Below, piece after piece: positions 40,564 to 53,009 of a stretch of 64,000 nt of DNA. The notes under the pieces were generated by a model, which did not search any database, was not told the origin of the DNA, and was given only the letters and a program-made list of their open reading frames with translations. Position 1 is the stretch's first letter. Every line of letters starts with the position of its first letter. Source of the DNA: Trichosphaerium sp. ATCC 40318 (taxonomy: Eukaryota > Protista > Tubulinea); assembly GCA_038496445.1 (NCBI GenBank), contig JALMLS010000488.1:62001-126000 (forward strand). Direction: 5' to 3'. The position numbers and the translations under genes are program-made.

Positions 40564-40771
40564 GTTGTAGGTATTGTAGGTATTGTAGGTTGTAGCTAGT
40601 TGTTTTAATAGCAAGTATAGCAACATCTTCCAGGGCTGCCCTGAAAATAGTTCTTAGCTGAAAAAAGAAAAACGTGCTGACACGTCATGATAATGACACC
40701 TCAAAATGGTTTGTTCTTTCCACATTTATTTACCATTTTTCTTTTTTTTTAGTTTCTACTTAGTATTGACT

Positions 40772-42292
40772 TCATACAATGCCTACAGCTTTATGTGTTC
40801 GGAAGGAAGTTTTTACATCAACACTTTCTGTTTTGACTTCGACGGTTTCTGTCTTCATTTTACACTTTGCACATACGCGAACGTTCCCCATACCATACTC
40901 AGGTAGTTTTACAGTATCACTGCTACACTTTGCACAAAATAGCAGGCCACCTGTAGCGAAAGAAACGTCAAATGACGTTTGATATTATGAAACTACAAAA
41001 AAATTTTCAACAACAAAAATGACGCACAAGAACGGCAATGATGCCTTCGCTTTAGAAAAGAAAATTTAACTCTACAAACTGTGCACTCAGCTGCACTATT
41101 ATCTGGTACCCAGTTTGGAGGTATCATATCACCTATCTCTTTACTAGCACGCAACTAAAAAGGTTAACTTATGAAAAAGATGGAAAAAAAAAAATCTAAG
41201 TTAGAACTACCCTTATCTAACTAAAATTTGCCTTCAAAAAATTTTGATCACGTGTACCTTTATGACGCCAAAAAGAATACCATGTGTATGATTTTATTTT
41301 TGGCGTCTTGAAAGAACAACGTGATAAAGAACGAACCTTTCTACGATAGTTCCCTACCTCTGACTTATGTCGCTGCTCCATAGCGATAATTTGAAGAAGC
41401 AATAGCTCAAATGCCAATTTGATGTTATCCCCTGTTTTTGCAGATGTCTCAACGAATCTTGCTTTACACTGCTTAGCAAACCTCTCTCCTATATCAGTGC
41501 TAACTTCTCTTCTATTTTTAATATCCGCCTTAGTTCCTACGACAACAACTTGAGGTTTCTTCCAATACGCCTTTAAACGTCATGAGATGGTTTGGCCAAT
41601 ACAGAAATTCAACAATTTATAAAATCAGCAGCTTAGGGGTAATTTTTGCCCAATCACGTGACTTTTTGAATTGGGAACAATGATTATGTTGTTACCTGAT
41701 AGTTTTCAATGAGGCGCATGTTATATGGTGCATATTCAAACGATTGCTAAGTATTCAATTAAACGGCCCAAATCGCAATGGTTATAAATAATAAACTTCG
41801 TATAATTTTCGGCGTGTTGTGTTTTGAAGAGACTACTTTTGAGGTAGTACCGATTTCGTACCGATGATGTAGAGCTGTAGCATATTAAAAACCCGTCAGC
41901 TTCTTGTACATACTTCTGTTGCATCGGTAGATACGTCTCTTCGCCGCTTACATCAATTACACGCAGAGTGAATACTAGAATTGTTAAAATTATGCCCAAT
42001 CTCACTACTAAAGCACGTGTGGTGAAGACATGTAGGCCAGCTTGGTTTTTTTTTAATTTTCTAGCGCCACAATGTCTTCGCGTTCTTGTGCCACTTAAAA
42101 TAATTGTAGTGTACCTTTGTTACGACCGGGTATCGATGGCTTTAACTTTGTAAAGTGCTCTTCCTCAATGGTTGGGTTATACATGTCTGAAAAGTCCCCA
42201 TACAGAAAAGTACGAATGAGAGAAGATTTACCAGACTCCGGTGCGCCCAAAACGAGTATAGTGTAATCGTACGGCGGATCTTGCTTGAACAT
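40772..42292 (-). CDS. Ras-family GTPase fused to a C-terminal FYVE domain
   Basis: [25 protein letters not shown] and ETSAK, then WVPD...CTVC...[16 protein letters not shown]...VRVCAKC. Confidence 0.88.
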
Positions 42293-42687
42293 TGGTAACA
42301 CTAAAACTAACACAAAAGTTAAGTCAAAAAACCCCGTTAAGGAGTTATGTCGTCCTTCGCGCAAGTCTCACCAAATGAAGTACAAGGTAGTAATAACTGT
42401 GTGCTCACAGTATACACTTTAAGTAAAAGGTAGGAGAGAATTTGGACAAGATTATCGGCCAAGCGTCAATCACGTTCCAGATTTTATCTTCAACTCCTGT
42501 AAGCACTCACTATCCTTCTGTTATCACTAAGATAGTAGTGTCCAAGCTCATTTGCGAGAAATACGGTAGTCCGAAGGAGTGCAGGTAATTGTGACATCTT
42601 GTCAGAAATTGTTACGACGTCAAGGTTGTTTTAAGGTCAAACCTGAGACTAATTCAACACAGAACATTATTTCAAAATTTTCTTTTT

Positions 42688-44227
42688 TTATTCTTTTTGT
42701 CCCAAAAACACGTAGTGTGGTGTTTTTAGATAAGGGACAAGAGGTACTGGTCCATATTTCTCATGTAGCTTGATTGTTTTAAACATATCAGCAATAACAG
42801 GCATGTGATCAGGTGACAAGAATACATTATCAGCATCGAACCAAATACGCCAGAAAGTGCGCATGAGCCATGTGTGTTTAGTGCGTCCGTCTGAAGGGTA
42901 TTTTGGAGCTACGAAAAAATCTACGATGCCTAAAACGAAGCAAGTTAGATAATTATGAATACAATTACACGTGTGTGAATTTTCAACTCAAAAATTAACG
43001 TTTCTCGTGCATACCAAGGTGACCTCCTTGTTTGAGGAAAGAGTGGGCATTCTTTAGAGCAGCATACCATGGAGGAATCTGGTAAAAATTTAGTTTACTT
43101 TGAGAGACTTTGATATTTTTGATGCACTGAAAGGAAGCAATAAAACCGTAAAAATTTCACACCTGACGGTGCATAAATAACCCAAAGAACATTGAAGGCT
43201 TATGCACCGCCAGAGGAGGCTCAAGAAGCAATAATGTAGTAATTGTAGATCGGAGATGGTAGAATTCTAACACTCAGACGCTGGCGTACCATTGTGAGAC
43301 TGTATGAGAAGGTAACTACGTCAACGGTACCACAAGGAGGCTTCCATGTGGTGGCATCTGCTTCAACAGCCTATGAAGTCATCAGAATAGGTACAAGACA
43401 GAATCGATGAAAAGTGCGATGCAGTTATTGCGAAAAGCGAGTTTTTTTGACTTGACGATTTAGGTTCCGGCTTTTTCTTCTCACCTCGACGTTTGTCCAG
43501 CCGTTTTCCTTTATACGTTTCCTTGCGACTGCCAACAAAGATGTTGATAGATCTACAAGGTACACCTTTTTAAAAGACTTGAGCTTGCCCAATTCAGACA
43601 TAAACTCAGCGTTTGAACCTGGGAACGAAAAACTTTTAGTACAAAACAAAAAAAAAGGAGTGAGTTCCTTATCATCGCGTACCAGTACCGCAACCTTAAA
43701 AACGAGTCAGTAGTGTTTTAAAAATGGAAAATAATAACAAAGAAACGAAAACTTTTTTTGTTCTCTAAATTAAGTCCTTTTTCGTCGATTTTAGGCTAAG
43801 AAATGCAAGATACAGTTTAATGAGCGATGCTTTACGCTTTTTTTTTTCTAATTTGTAGCAAGTGTCATATTTGCTTTTTGCGTACCCAAATCTACCCAAA
43901 CGCCACCTTCTGGTACAAGGTCGAGCATTTGTTCGCGAGAATGAAGAAGCTTTTTACGGAATCGATCATATAATCCAGCTTGACCTCTAACAACATTATT
44001 AATCGCTTATTGTTGCGTAGTATTGAAGCATGATAGTTCGCGCACTTTTCCCACTTTCAATAACGGTAAAAATGTTCTACGTACTTGTAAAAACTCTCCA
44101 ATCTTTCTTGGTGAGTGTCTCCCTTAATTTTGGCAAAAATGATGTGATACCAAAGTTTACACTCTGTGACAATGAACATTATGATATCGTAGATAGCCAC
44201 GAAGGGCGCCATGATTATGTTCGCCAT
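42688..44227 (-). CDS. btaB: Betaine lipid N-methyltransferase BtaB-like
   Basis: [62 protein letters not shown] and GIVDFFV. Confidence 0.88.
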
Positions 44228-44437
44228 TGCTAGGACCTGTAGAGCGCGACAGACTTTGTTTTACTGCCACGTCAGACAGTTTCTCGCAAAATTTCGTCAC
44301 ACGTTTTGTTTTAAAAGTCTCCCGAAAGTAAAAAAGCGCGAGATTTCGTCTATTGTTGCTTTTTAAGACCGCGAAGCATCAGTACTCTAGCACACAACTT
44401 TCTCTAACTAATTTTTTCTGTGTGAACAAGCTCAAAC
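44228..44437. promoter_or_regulatory. Putative bidirectional promoter between btaB and btaA
   Basis: Only 210 bp separate the two divergent ATGs. Confidence 0.5.
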
Positions 44438-46577
44438 ATGCGTAAGTAGAAAAAAAATTTAGGAAACATGCCAGAACGCTCACAATACGCTTAGCAGAAC
44501 AGGCTACTTCGACTATTGGCAAGATTCTTGCATTCATTGGCTCCATTATTCATTACATTGTCTTGAAAGTCAGTACCGTAATCCAAGACCGTCTCTACAC
44601 CAACAAAATCTTGTTTAACACTTGTTGGGAAGACCCACGGTAAGTTTACAAATACCACACGCAAATTTGGGTCTAATTTACAAAAAGTCTCGACACAGAG
44701 GCATTCGATTTGGGAGAAGAGGACAAAATTGTTATGATCACCAGCGCTGGTTGTAATGCACTAGCATACCTCCTAGATAGTACGCGCTTATTTTTTTTTC
44801 TTTTTTTCGGTTTCTTTTACAGAACAAGTGGCTAATTTAACCTTCTAGACCCTGGTCACATCTACTGTATTGATCGTAATCCTTGTCAAAACTCTATCCT
44901 CGACTTAAAAATCGCTGCCATTAAAACTCTCTCATACGAGGACTTTTGGCAATTATTTGGTCTTGGCTTCTACCCTAACTTCACTAAAGAACTATACCCT
45001 AAACTTCGCCCACTTTTGTCCAAAGATGTACGTTTCTTTTCATTTTTCGTAACAAATTTTTGTAGAACGCAAATTATTTTCAAAAACCAATGCAACCAAC
45101 TCACTCTATGTAGTCACAAGTACACTGGGATAAACATTCTTACTACTTCGATGCAAAAGGTTGGAGAAAATCATTCTACTACCAGTACGTGCACTTTAAA
45201 ACACTGCAAAAGCGTTTACGGAAAAGCATTTTGAAGATTCAGCGTTCTAACGCACACTTGGTTCTATTTTTTTTATTTTTTTTTTCAATTATTTACCCGA
45301 AGCACTCTATAGTGCTTCTACAACCAGTTTCTACATTTTTTCGTTTTAACAATACGCCCACGTAGACACTGAGCTAACTTTTTGTTCTTTTTTAGTGGTT
45401 CTTGCGGCGGTATCGCTTACATTCTTCACCTTTACATGAAAATGTACCCTGGACTACTCGCTGATTGCCAAAAGCTATTTGACGAAACTGACTTGAAAGA
45501 ACAAAAGAAAACTTATTACCGTGATGTACACAACAAACTATGGAACCCTGTCGTAAAGGCATTTGTCCGCTCTTCATGGAGTATGGCTTGCTGTGGTATC
45601 CCTGTAGAACAACAAAAACTACTTGCTGGTGAAGCCGGTGATTTCAGCAAAATTGGCATCTGGATCATGGAACAAGTGCGTACAATAACATTTATTTTAT
45701 TTTCATGACTCAGCCGAGTTTGGACTACAAAACTTTTTGTTCCCAATTTTTTTTTTCTGTCGGCTTTTTTTTAACGAATTGACGTTACTGACTTACTCTT
45801 TTCTTAGTTGGAATACTGTTGGTCTGAACTTCCTATCCATGAGAACTACTTCTGGCGTGTATACATTAAGGGCCGATACTCCAAGACTTGCTGCCCAGAC
45901 TACCTCAAGGAAGAAAACTTCCAAACTTTGAAGGTACACTTTTATTTTTGATATTGCAAAAAAAAGTTATTTTTGTATGATTGCCTGTATCTAAATGAAC
46001 TTAGGAACGTGTTGATCGCATCTCCATGCACACCACTACCATCGCTGAATTTTTGAGAGAACACAAGACTGCTGATATCTCCCGTTTTGTCCTCCTTGAT
46101 CATCAAGTACGTCTTTTTTGCAGACAAAATCCAAGCGCTTTTTTTTTTTTGGTGGTTTTCGCGATGATGACTTCACGCTGGCTCGTCAGAACCAATTATG
46201 TTGATCAGCTGTACCTGATTAGTACTGTCTGAGAAATCCACTTTTTTCCCTTAAATCTACACTCACACTGCTGAAAAACGCAAAAAAATGCTTTTCTAAC
46301 CGATTTCGCCCAGGATTGGATGGCAACCAAACCAGAGATCCTTGAAGACGAATGGCAAGCAATCCTTGACACTAGCGCACCTAACACCCGTTACTTCTGG
46401 CGTTCTGCTTCCCCAGACACCCAGTTCATCTACGACACAGAAGTCAAGTACCAAGGAAAGCGTAGAACGATTGAGAGCTTAGTAGACCGCAAAACCGAAT
46501 TGGCAGAGCGATTACACCCTCTCGACCGCGTCCACACCTACACTAGCTTCCATATTGCCCACCTCAAGTCCGAGTAA
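44438..46577 (+). CDS. btaA: SAM:diacylglycerol 3-amino-3-carboxypropyl transferase BtaA (DUF3419)
   Basis: LFNTCWEDPRLD, MITSAGCNALAY, IDRNPCQN, ENYFWRVY, CPDYLKEENF, LLDHQDWM and DRVHTYTSFH. Confidence 0.92.
46152..46241 (+). ncRNA. Candidate intronic box C/D snoRNA
   Basis: Box C ATGATGA (46164-46170) and box D CTGA (46229-46232), closed by stem GTGGTTTTC/GAAATCCAC, inside an unusually long btaA intron. Confidence 0.6.
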
Positions 46578-47039
46578 GAGAAGACCCCCATCTCTTTACG
46601 AAACCCCTTTTTGTCATTCTTAGAGCCATCAATTGTTTTTGTTGGCGTTTTTTTTAACCAAAAAACGTGCAATACGTGTTTTTAATAAATGCGTGAAGCG
46701 CGATGTCTTTGTAAGTTAGAACAAATGACATTTGTTAACAAAAAAACCCTCGTCTTCGTTGAACTTTTTTGTTTATTTGAACAAGGTTTTTTTAACCAAC
46801 TTTTTGGGATTTCTTTCTTGTCGTTGTATCTGATGTTGCTGTTAGAGCTTGTTTACATTTTCCTACTCCGGTTGTAGACTCCTTGTAGTAATTTTAGGAT
46901 TTTGCGCCTCATTAAAGACACTGACGCAAAAAGGAGAAGTCACAAATTAATAATAACCTAAAAGGCCATTAAGCTCACTTTTTTAAGTTTTAATAATTGT
47001 GATTTGTCACCTTTGAGGCTACTCCTTCGAATACCGTCT

Positions 47040-50000
47040 ATGTCGCATTTACTACATGTTGCTTACGTGTTATTGTGTCTGGCAGTATTCGGAACTGTTT
47101 ATAGCCAAATAAACACGTGCGATTGTGTTTTTCCATATAATGTCACTGTGGCAGCAGTTATACCTTCTTCTTACTATCATACCTCTTTTTGGACACAAAT
47201 TCGTCACGGCATGCGTGAAGCAGCTTCAGGTAAGTATAGTACATCACGTGATTAGACTAAGAAGCGATATAGATCTTAGGATTCAGTTCGAAGGTATCTA
47301 CAAAGTTGTAGTAAATTAAAAATGCTCTAATGTTGATGAAAGTGCGAAGTTTGTCTGAGGGTGAAGAGACTGCGCTTGGGAGTGAGGGACTTGACGAAAT
47401 AGTTCGTGTGACTGTTGAAGAAAATATAGATGGCATTATATTAACACACGCGCGATTAGAAGAGCACATGGAACTTGCTAAAAGCAATGGTACACCTTTT
47501 TTTTTATTTTATTTCTCCAAATCTTTTTTTTTTGTTCGTCTTGTTCACGTGATAAACTAATTTATTAACCTTTTTAGGTGTTCCAGCAATAGCACTAGGA
47601 ACTATTATCAATAATTCAACTAGGTGGACAAATACGCCAATGACTGCATTTGGTATAGACTTTGAAAGAGCCGGTGTTTTAGCTGCTGAATCTTTCTTAA
47701 AGTTGTCAACCAACGATTCAGATACTTTTGTTTGCGCAAATCATCAAAGGTCATTTGAAGGATTTACATATCTATGTGATGCCTTTAGAGAAAGATTAAG
47801 TATAGGAGGTTTCAATGGACAGGTTTATTTATTCGACGAGTTCAATGACGTTTCAGCACGCACTTTAATGGATGGTTTGAATCTAGGAGAACGTTTTGGT
47901 TCTCTTAAAGGTGTACTTGCTCTATCACCTGATGTTGGGCGATTTATAACGAGAAACAATGAATGGACCACTGATGTTAGTGTTGGTGTATTGGGGTTTG
48001 ATGTGGATACTTGGAGAGACTTGGAGGATGGGGAGATTACGTTTATTATTAGTCAACAAGTTCGTGACCTTTTTTTTTGTTTATATTCTTTTTTCTTGAG
48101 TTCATGACTTTGTCCTTTTTTAGCCTTACTATCAAGGATTCTTTTCTGTCGTATATATGGCAACGTATTTGACTAGAGGTCAAATACCAGATATGCAGTT
48201 TACCAATACAGGTCCTGTAATTATTACACAATCAGAGGTGTCGCCGAGAAAAGCACAGGTATGAAAAAACAAAACTGTACAGTATTTGTTTTTAGTGTTT
48301 TTATTGTTATCGGGTTTTAATCGTTTTTTCTGTTTCTCAGGACGCTCAATTGAGATTTGAGCTTCTAGCACATACAAATAATATCAATGATTTATTTTGG
48401 GGCTCTGTTTTTGATGGTACACAACCTATGTTTTGGTTTTATCACGTGTTAAAAAGTTTTAAAAATAGATTATTTTATTTATCGGTTGTTGACATTTTTT
48501 ACTGTTTTTTAGGTGTCGCTCATGCGCAGAATGAAATAAAATTAGCTTCAAATCCCTTGTCTTTCTTAGGAGATATTATTGAGCCACCTATTGACGAGTA
48601 TATGTCTAGACTGTACGGGTGTAACATTAATGTTACCAACGCTCATATTTTTTTTTCAAAGGATAACAGAGTATGCTAACAATGATGTTATTGATGGCAT
48701 TCAAACATCTATTCCTTTTCAAGAGTACCACACTAATTTTTATTTTATATTCATTTGACAATTTTTTTATTTTTACCTGACGTTTGTTTGTTTCCAGGTT
48801 GAATTCTTCGTTAATAGCCGCTGGTGCTTTGAAACCGATTGTTTCATTTAATTCTGGATATCAATTTACACAAAACCTACCAATCATCACCCACGTGAGT
48901 ACTCGAAAAATACATAGAGATAAAAGTTAAACAGTTGTTTAGGTAGGGCAAGATGAGGAAGAGGGTGGCATACTAGCGGCAAATAAGTTATTCGAAGCCG
49001 GTGCTAGGAATGTCATTTGTGCCAGAAATGCTCTCGCACCTATACTTAGATGTGACTCATTCAAGAAAGGTAGAAATAAAAGGATTTTTAAGGCGTGGGG
49101 CTGACTATAATTAAGAGTTCGAAGCTGTTGGTGGCGCAGTGATAGATGAAAATGGAGGACAGTTTACTCTTGTTCCTGAGTTGTATGATGATACTGTCTC
49201 TACAATATCACGTGTATTAAAGGATAATCCAAATATCGATGGTATAATAGGGCTATCTGTTAATATCATCAAAGGAATACTTGAGGGCATTGAAGAGGCT
49301 GAGCTAGATCACAAAGTTTTTGTAAGCTATTTTGCTTTGTTTATTGATTTCGATTATTCTCATATTTTTCTGCTTTACAGGTCGGTACTTTTGATACTGA
49401 AGGTGACATCATTTCTTTAATTGAAGAGGAAGATATATTATTTGGAATAAGACAACAAGCTTTCATTCAAGGTCCATAAATATAACAATAATTTCGTACT
49501 TCAAAAAACTCATTTCCAATCAGGTTACTTGCCTCAACATATGCTTAATGTTTACAGTCGTGTTGGTAACTTTACAACTGGTACTTAATACTGATTTAGT
49601 CAAGTAAGTAATAACTCACATGGTTAGACAAGATCACTTTCACTGGACCAACACTTGTAACCGAGGTATTAGCATTTGTGTATTTTTCAATATTAAGCAC
49701 AATTTAAGGAAAATAGTCAACAGTTTGCTTGCGATTCAGCAAAAGTTTGTGAAGACAATATAATAGCCCAAAACAATTTCCTTACCCTTATGGATGGATC
49801 AGAAGGTGCAAGAAAGGTACACAATCTTGTGAATTTGCTGGAACTTACTTTGTTTTCAACTATAGCCAATAAACTTGTTGGTTTCATCAGCAACTTCTGA
49901 AGAACGTATCTTAGCAACAAGTACTCTGAGTGGCAAAGTTTCCTTCAGAAAATCTTGCGAACCCTTTACAGCACAAGGTACACATTGGGTTTTTTGTTCA

Positions 50001-52713
50001 CGTGTTTTTTTAACTGTATTTCAGGCGAGATAGTAATAACTAATTTTTCTGGATGTTTTTTGAAAACAAAAGTGAATAACACTTTTCTATCTGGAGCGGC
50101 AGCTGTGGTAATTTTAATGCCTGAAGGACAGGAGGTAAATGGATCTATTTTTTATAAACATGAATTACCTCACAGCTAATAATAGGCTCAATTCGTGAAG
50201 ATTGCTGATGTTACATTTGACATGTTTGTCTTCATAGGTGGCTTCTTTTTCTTTGTTTTTTATTTCTCAACTCTAACACTGTCTAATGTTGTTTAGCTGG
50301 TGTGAATCAAACGGATTTAGAGAGCTATGTACGCTATCTTACTAATAACATTGCCTTGCGCTAATGAGGTTCTAGAATAACTCAGTGGCAGTCATTCACT
50401 TAGAACTACAAGAGCGTGAGTAGTAAAATAAGTTGCTTTTATTTACATATTGACCAGGTTTGGAGGAATTGAACAAGATTGTTATGTATGGAGTGTTATC
50501 TGTCACAACACTTCTTATAATAAGTGCACTGTTTCTTATGGTATATTTGATATATAACAGAGAAACAACGCCAATAGAAAGCTCAAGGTTGTCATATTTA
50601 AGCACCGTTCTTGCAGGTATGCTCTATTTCTTTTTTGAACAATTTACCTAAATTCAATGTTCACGTTTCTCTTTCCCTTTGCTACCTCAGGTAGATTTTG
50701 TAATCTTGACTTCTATTTCGAAGTCGTTATACTCTTACAGGGAAGTTTTATAACCATATATAGGTGCTATCTGTTGTTATATGACTATCTTTTTCTGGGC
50801 TTTTCCGCCAACGGAAACTTTGTGTTTACTCCGATTTTGGGTATTGTCTCTCGGACTTTCTATACTCTATGGGTGCGTATACTGAATATCACGATAAAAA
50901 GCTGACAATACAAAGAGCTTTAATTACAAAACAGTTTTGGTATTGGCGTCAAATGATAAGAAAAAAACCAGAAAATCCTGCTCTGTCAATATTAAGGATA
51001 TTCGTATTTATAGTCATAGTTCTAGTTGTGGATATTGTACGTTTTTTAAAATACGAAACAGGTGATTAAGAATATATAAATAATATCATTAGGTTGTCCT
51101 TGTTATAATGTCTTCAGCACATCACCCAGTAATCGAAGGTACAGGATTTTTCTCCCTTATTCTGTGAACTAATTTTGTTGAATCATAGAGCGAGTTTCTG
51201 GCGTTTATTTTACAAAGCGTTGTGCAAGAAGAGAGCTGTTTTATTATTTAATTTTCTTTTTATTATTTAAGGTATGTACCAAGTAACTACTTTCCATCAA
51301 ACCACGCTGAACTTTTTTGTTTATTTTTTTTTAGGGGTCAGTCTTGCTTCTTGGTGTATTCCTTGCTGCATCTCTAAGTTATGTCAAAGGAATATACAAT
51401 GAAGTGCAATATATTTCATTATCAGTATCCTTTATTTTCCCACAAGCTTCAACAAGATTCAACGTATTCACGTGTTTCTTTAACTCAAACTTTGATTTAT
51501 ATTGTCTTCGCAGTGAGCGCAATATCAGTTTTGTTAATGTTCCTTATTTCTTCAACAACTGCACTTTTCTTAATGTACGATAATAACCACGCATATATAT
51601 TCCTAAATTAAACACATTTATATAGATACAGTGTGGCAATAATCATATCAACAACATCAACAGTAAGTGAAAAAATAGAATAAAACAAGAAACAAAAAAT
51701 CTCGTTTAACTTAATAGACGTATACTGAGTTTTTTGTTTAAAAGGTAGGGTTCATGCTTCTCCCTAAAATGTGGGCTATTCAAATGGGGGATGTTATGAC
51801 AATGAAGTCAATAAAGTACGTCATGACAACTTTGTTAAGATTTTTCTTGCGTTTGAACCAAAAATATACCGTTAAACTGGTCTTAAACTGTCTTAATAGG
51901 AGGGACTTGTCTATCAGAGATTCTGGTGTAGAAACACTTCAACCCTCCATTAGACGTAATACAGGATCTACAAGAGGAGATAGACGCGGTACAGGATCCA
52001 TAAGAGGTAAAAATACACCAATGCAACTCTTCTGATGAAGCAATGCTTAACTATTGTTCTGTGTGCTAACTATTGGTGGTTAGATCTTGGAGACTCTGAA
52101 GTTGCTAGAATCCAAGAGTGCATCGAAGAAAAGCAAAATAATAATGCTCTAAAGGATGAAATAGATCAACTACAAAAAACAGTACGTGGAACAAAAAAAA
52201 CTCTTTCCGCCTTCCTTTAATTTGTTGATTTCTTCGAAACCTTATGAGTGTATAGATTAATAGACAAAAGAATATGCTCGCCAAGTATGGTATTCATATG
52301 AAAACAGAAGGAGAAAGTTCAGAAGAGGACACAGAGCAATCATCAGAGAGCAACTCTTCTTCGAAGAAAAGACCAAAATCCACTCTAACAAAAATGAAGC
52401 TTGCTCAAAACAAGCGTGATAGTATTGCTACCAAAAGAGATAGTATAATGACAAACACAGAAGATGAACTTGTAGTACAGTCAATGAATGACACAACAAG
52501 TTCTAAGCTTTGGGGTAAAATAACAAAGAAATCGTCATCAAAAGCATTGAGACGCTCTGTTGTACTTTCTCAAGTGTACGTCAAATAACAACACCATTAG
52601 GTTTTTCTTTACTAACACGTGTTTTTTTATCAAGTATCGAGAATGGTAAAAACAATGAAGGTATTGAAGAAAATGAAGATGGTGATGAAGAAGATAGCCT
52701 AATGGATGTGTAA
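47040..52713 (+). CDS. Family C (GABA-B/Grl-like) GPCR with two sugar-binding-protein domains and a PA domain
   Basis: Signal peptide; two periplasmic-binding-type units (FWTQIRHGMREAA...FIISQQ; FWGSVFDG...GQDEEEGG...LFGIRQQAFIQGY); PA-like SGC..KV.N...SGAAAVVI; 7TM with YNEVQYISLS and LLPKMW; coiled-coil/acidic tail. Confidence 0.8.
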
Positions 52714-53009
52714 AACAAAAACAAAAAAAAAAGATAACAAGATTTTGTGCACGTGCATGAAGAAAACTATGTATTTCAGGGTTTTCTCAAAATCTCTAAT
52801 GCACAATATCTTGTACTTCAAATCTCATTGACAACACACCTTGTAGAAAATAGATTTTTAATGTAAAACACCAAACAATCAAAAAGCATCCTGTGGATTC
52901 AAAAAAACAAGTTCGAAATTGATTTAATCCAACAACCCTTTTTTTAACTCCTTAGCTTAAGGTATGCCCGTAAAGCTTTTGACTACATTACGCGATTGTC
53001 TATTATTTA

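Noticed and set aside
40564-40596. Short GTATTGTAG tandem repeat upstream of msrB
   Set aside because: Only two to three copies of a simple repeat, with no spacer structure or CRISPR features.
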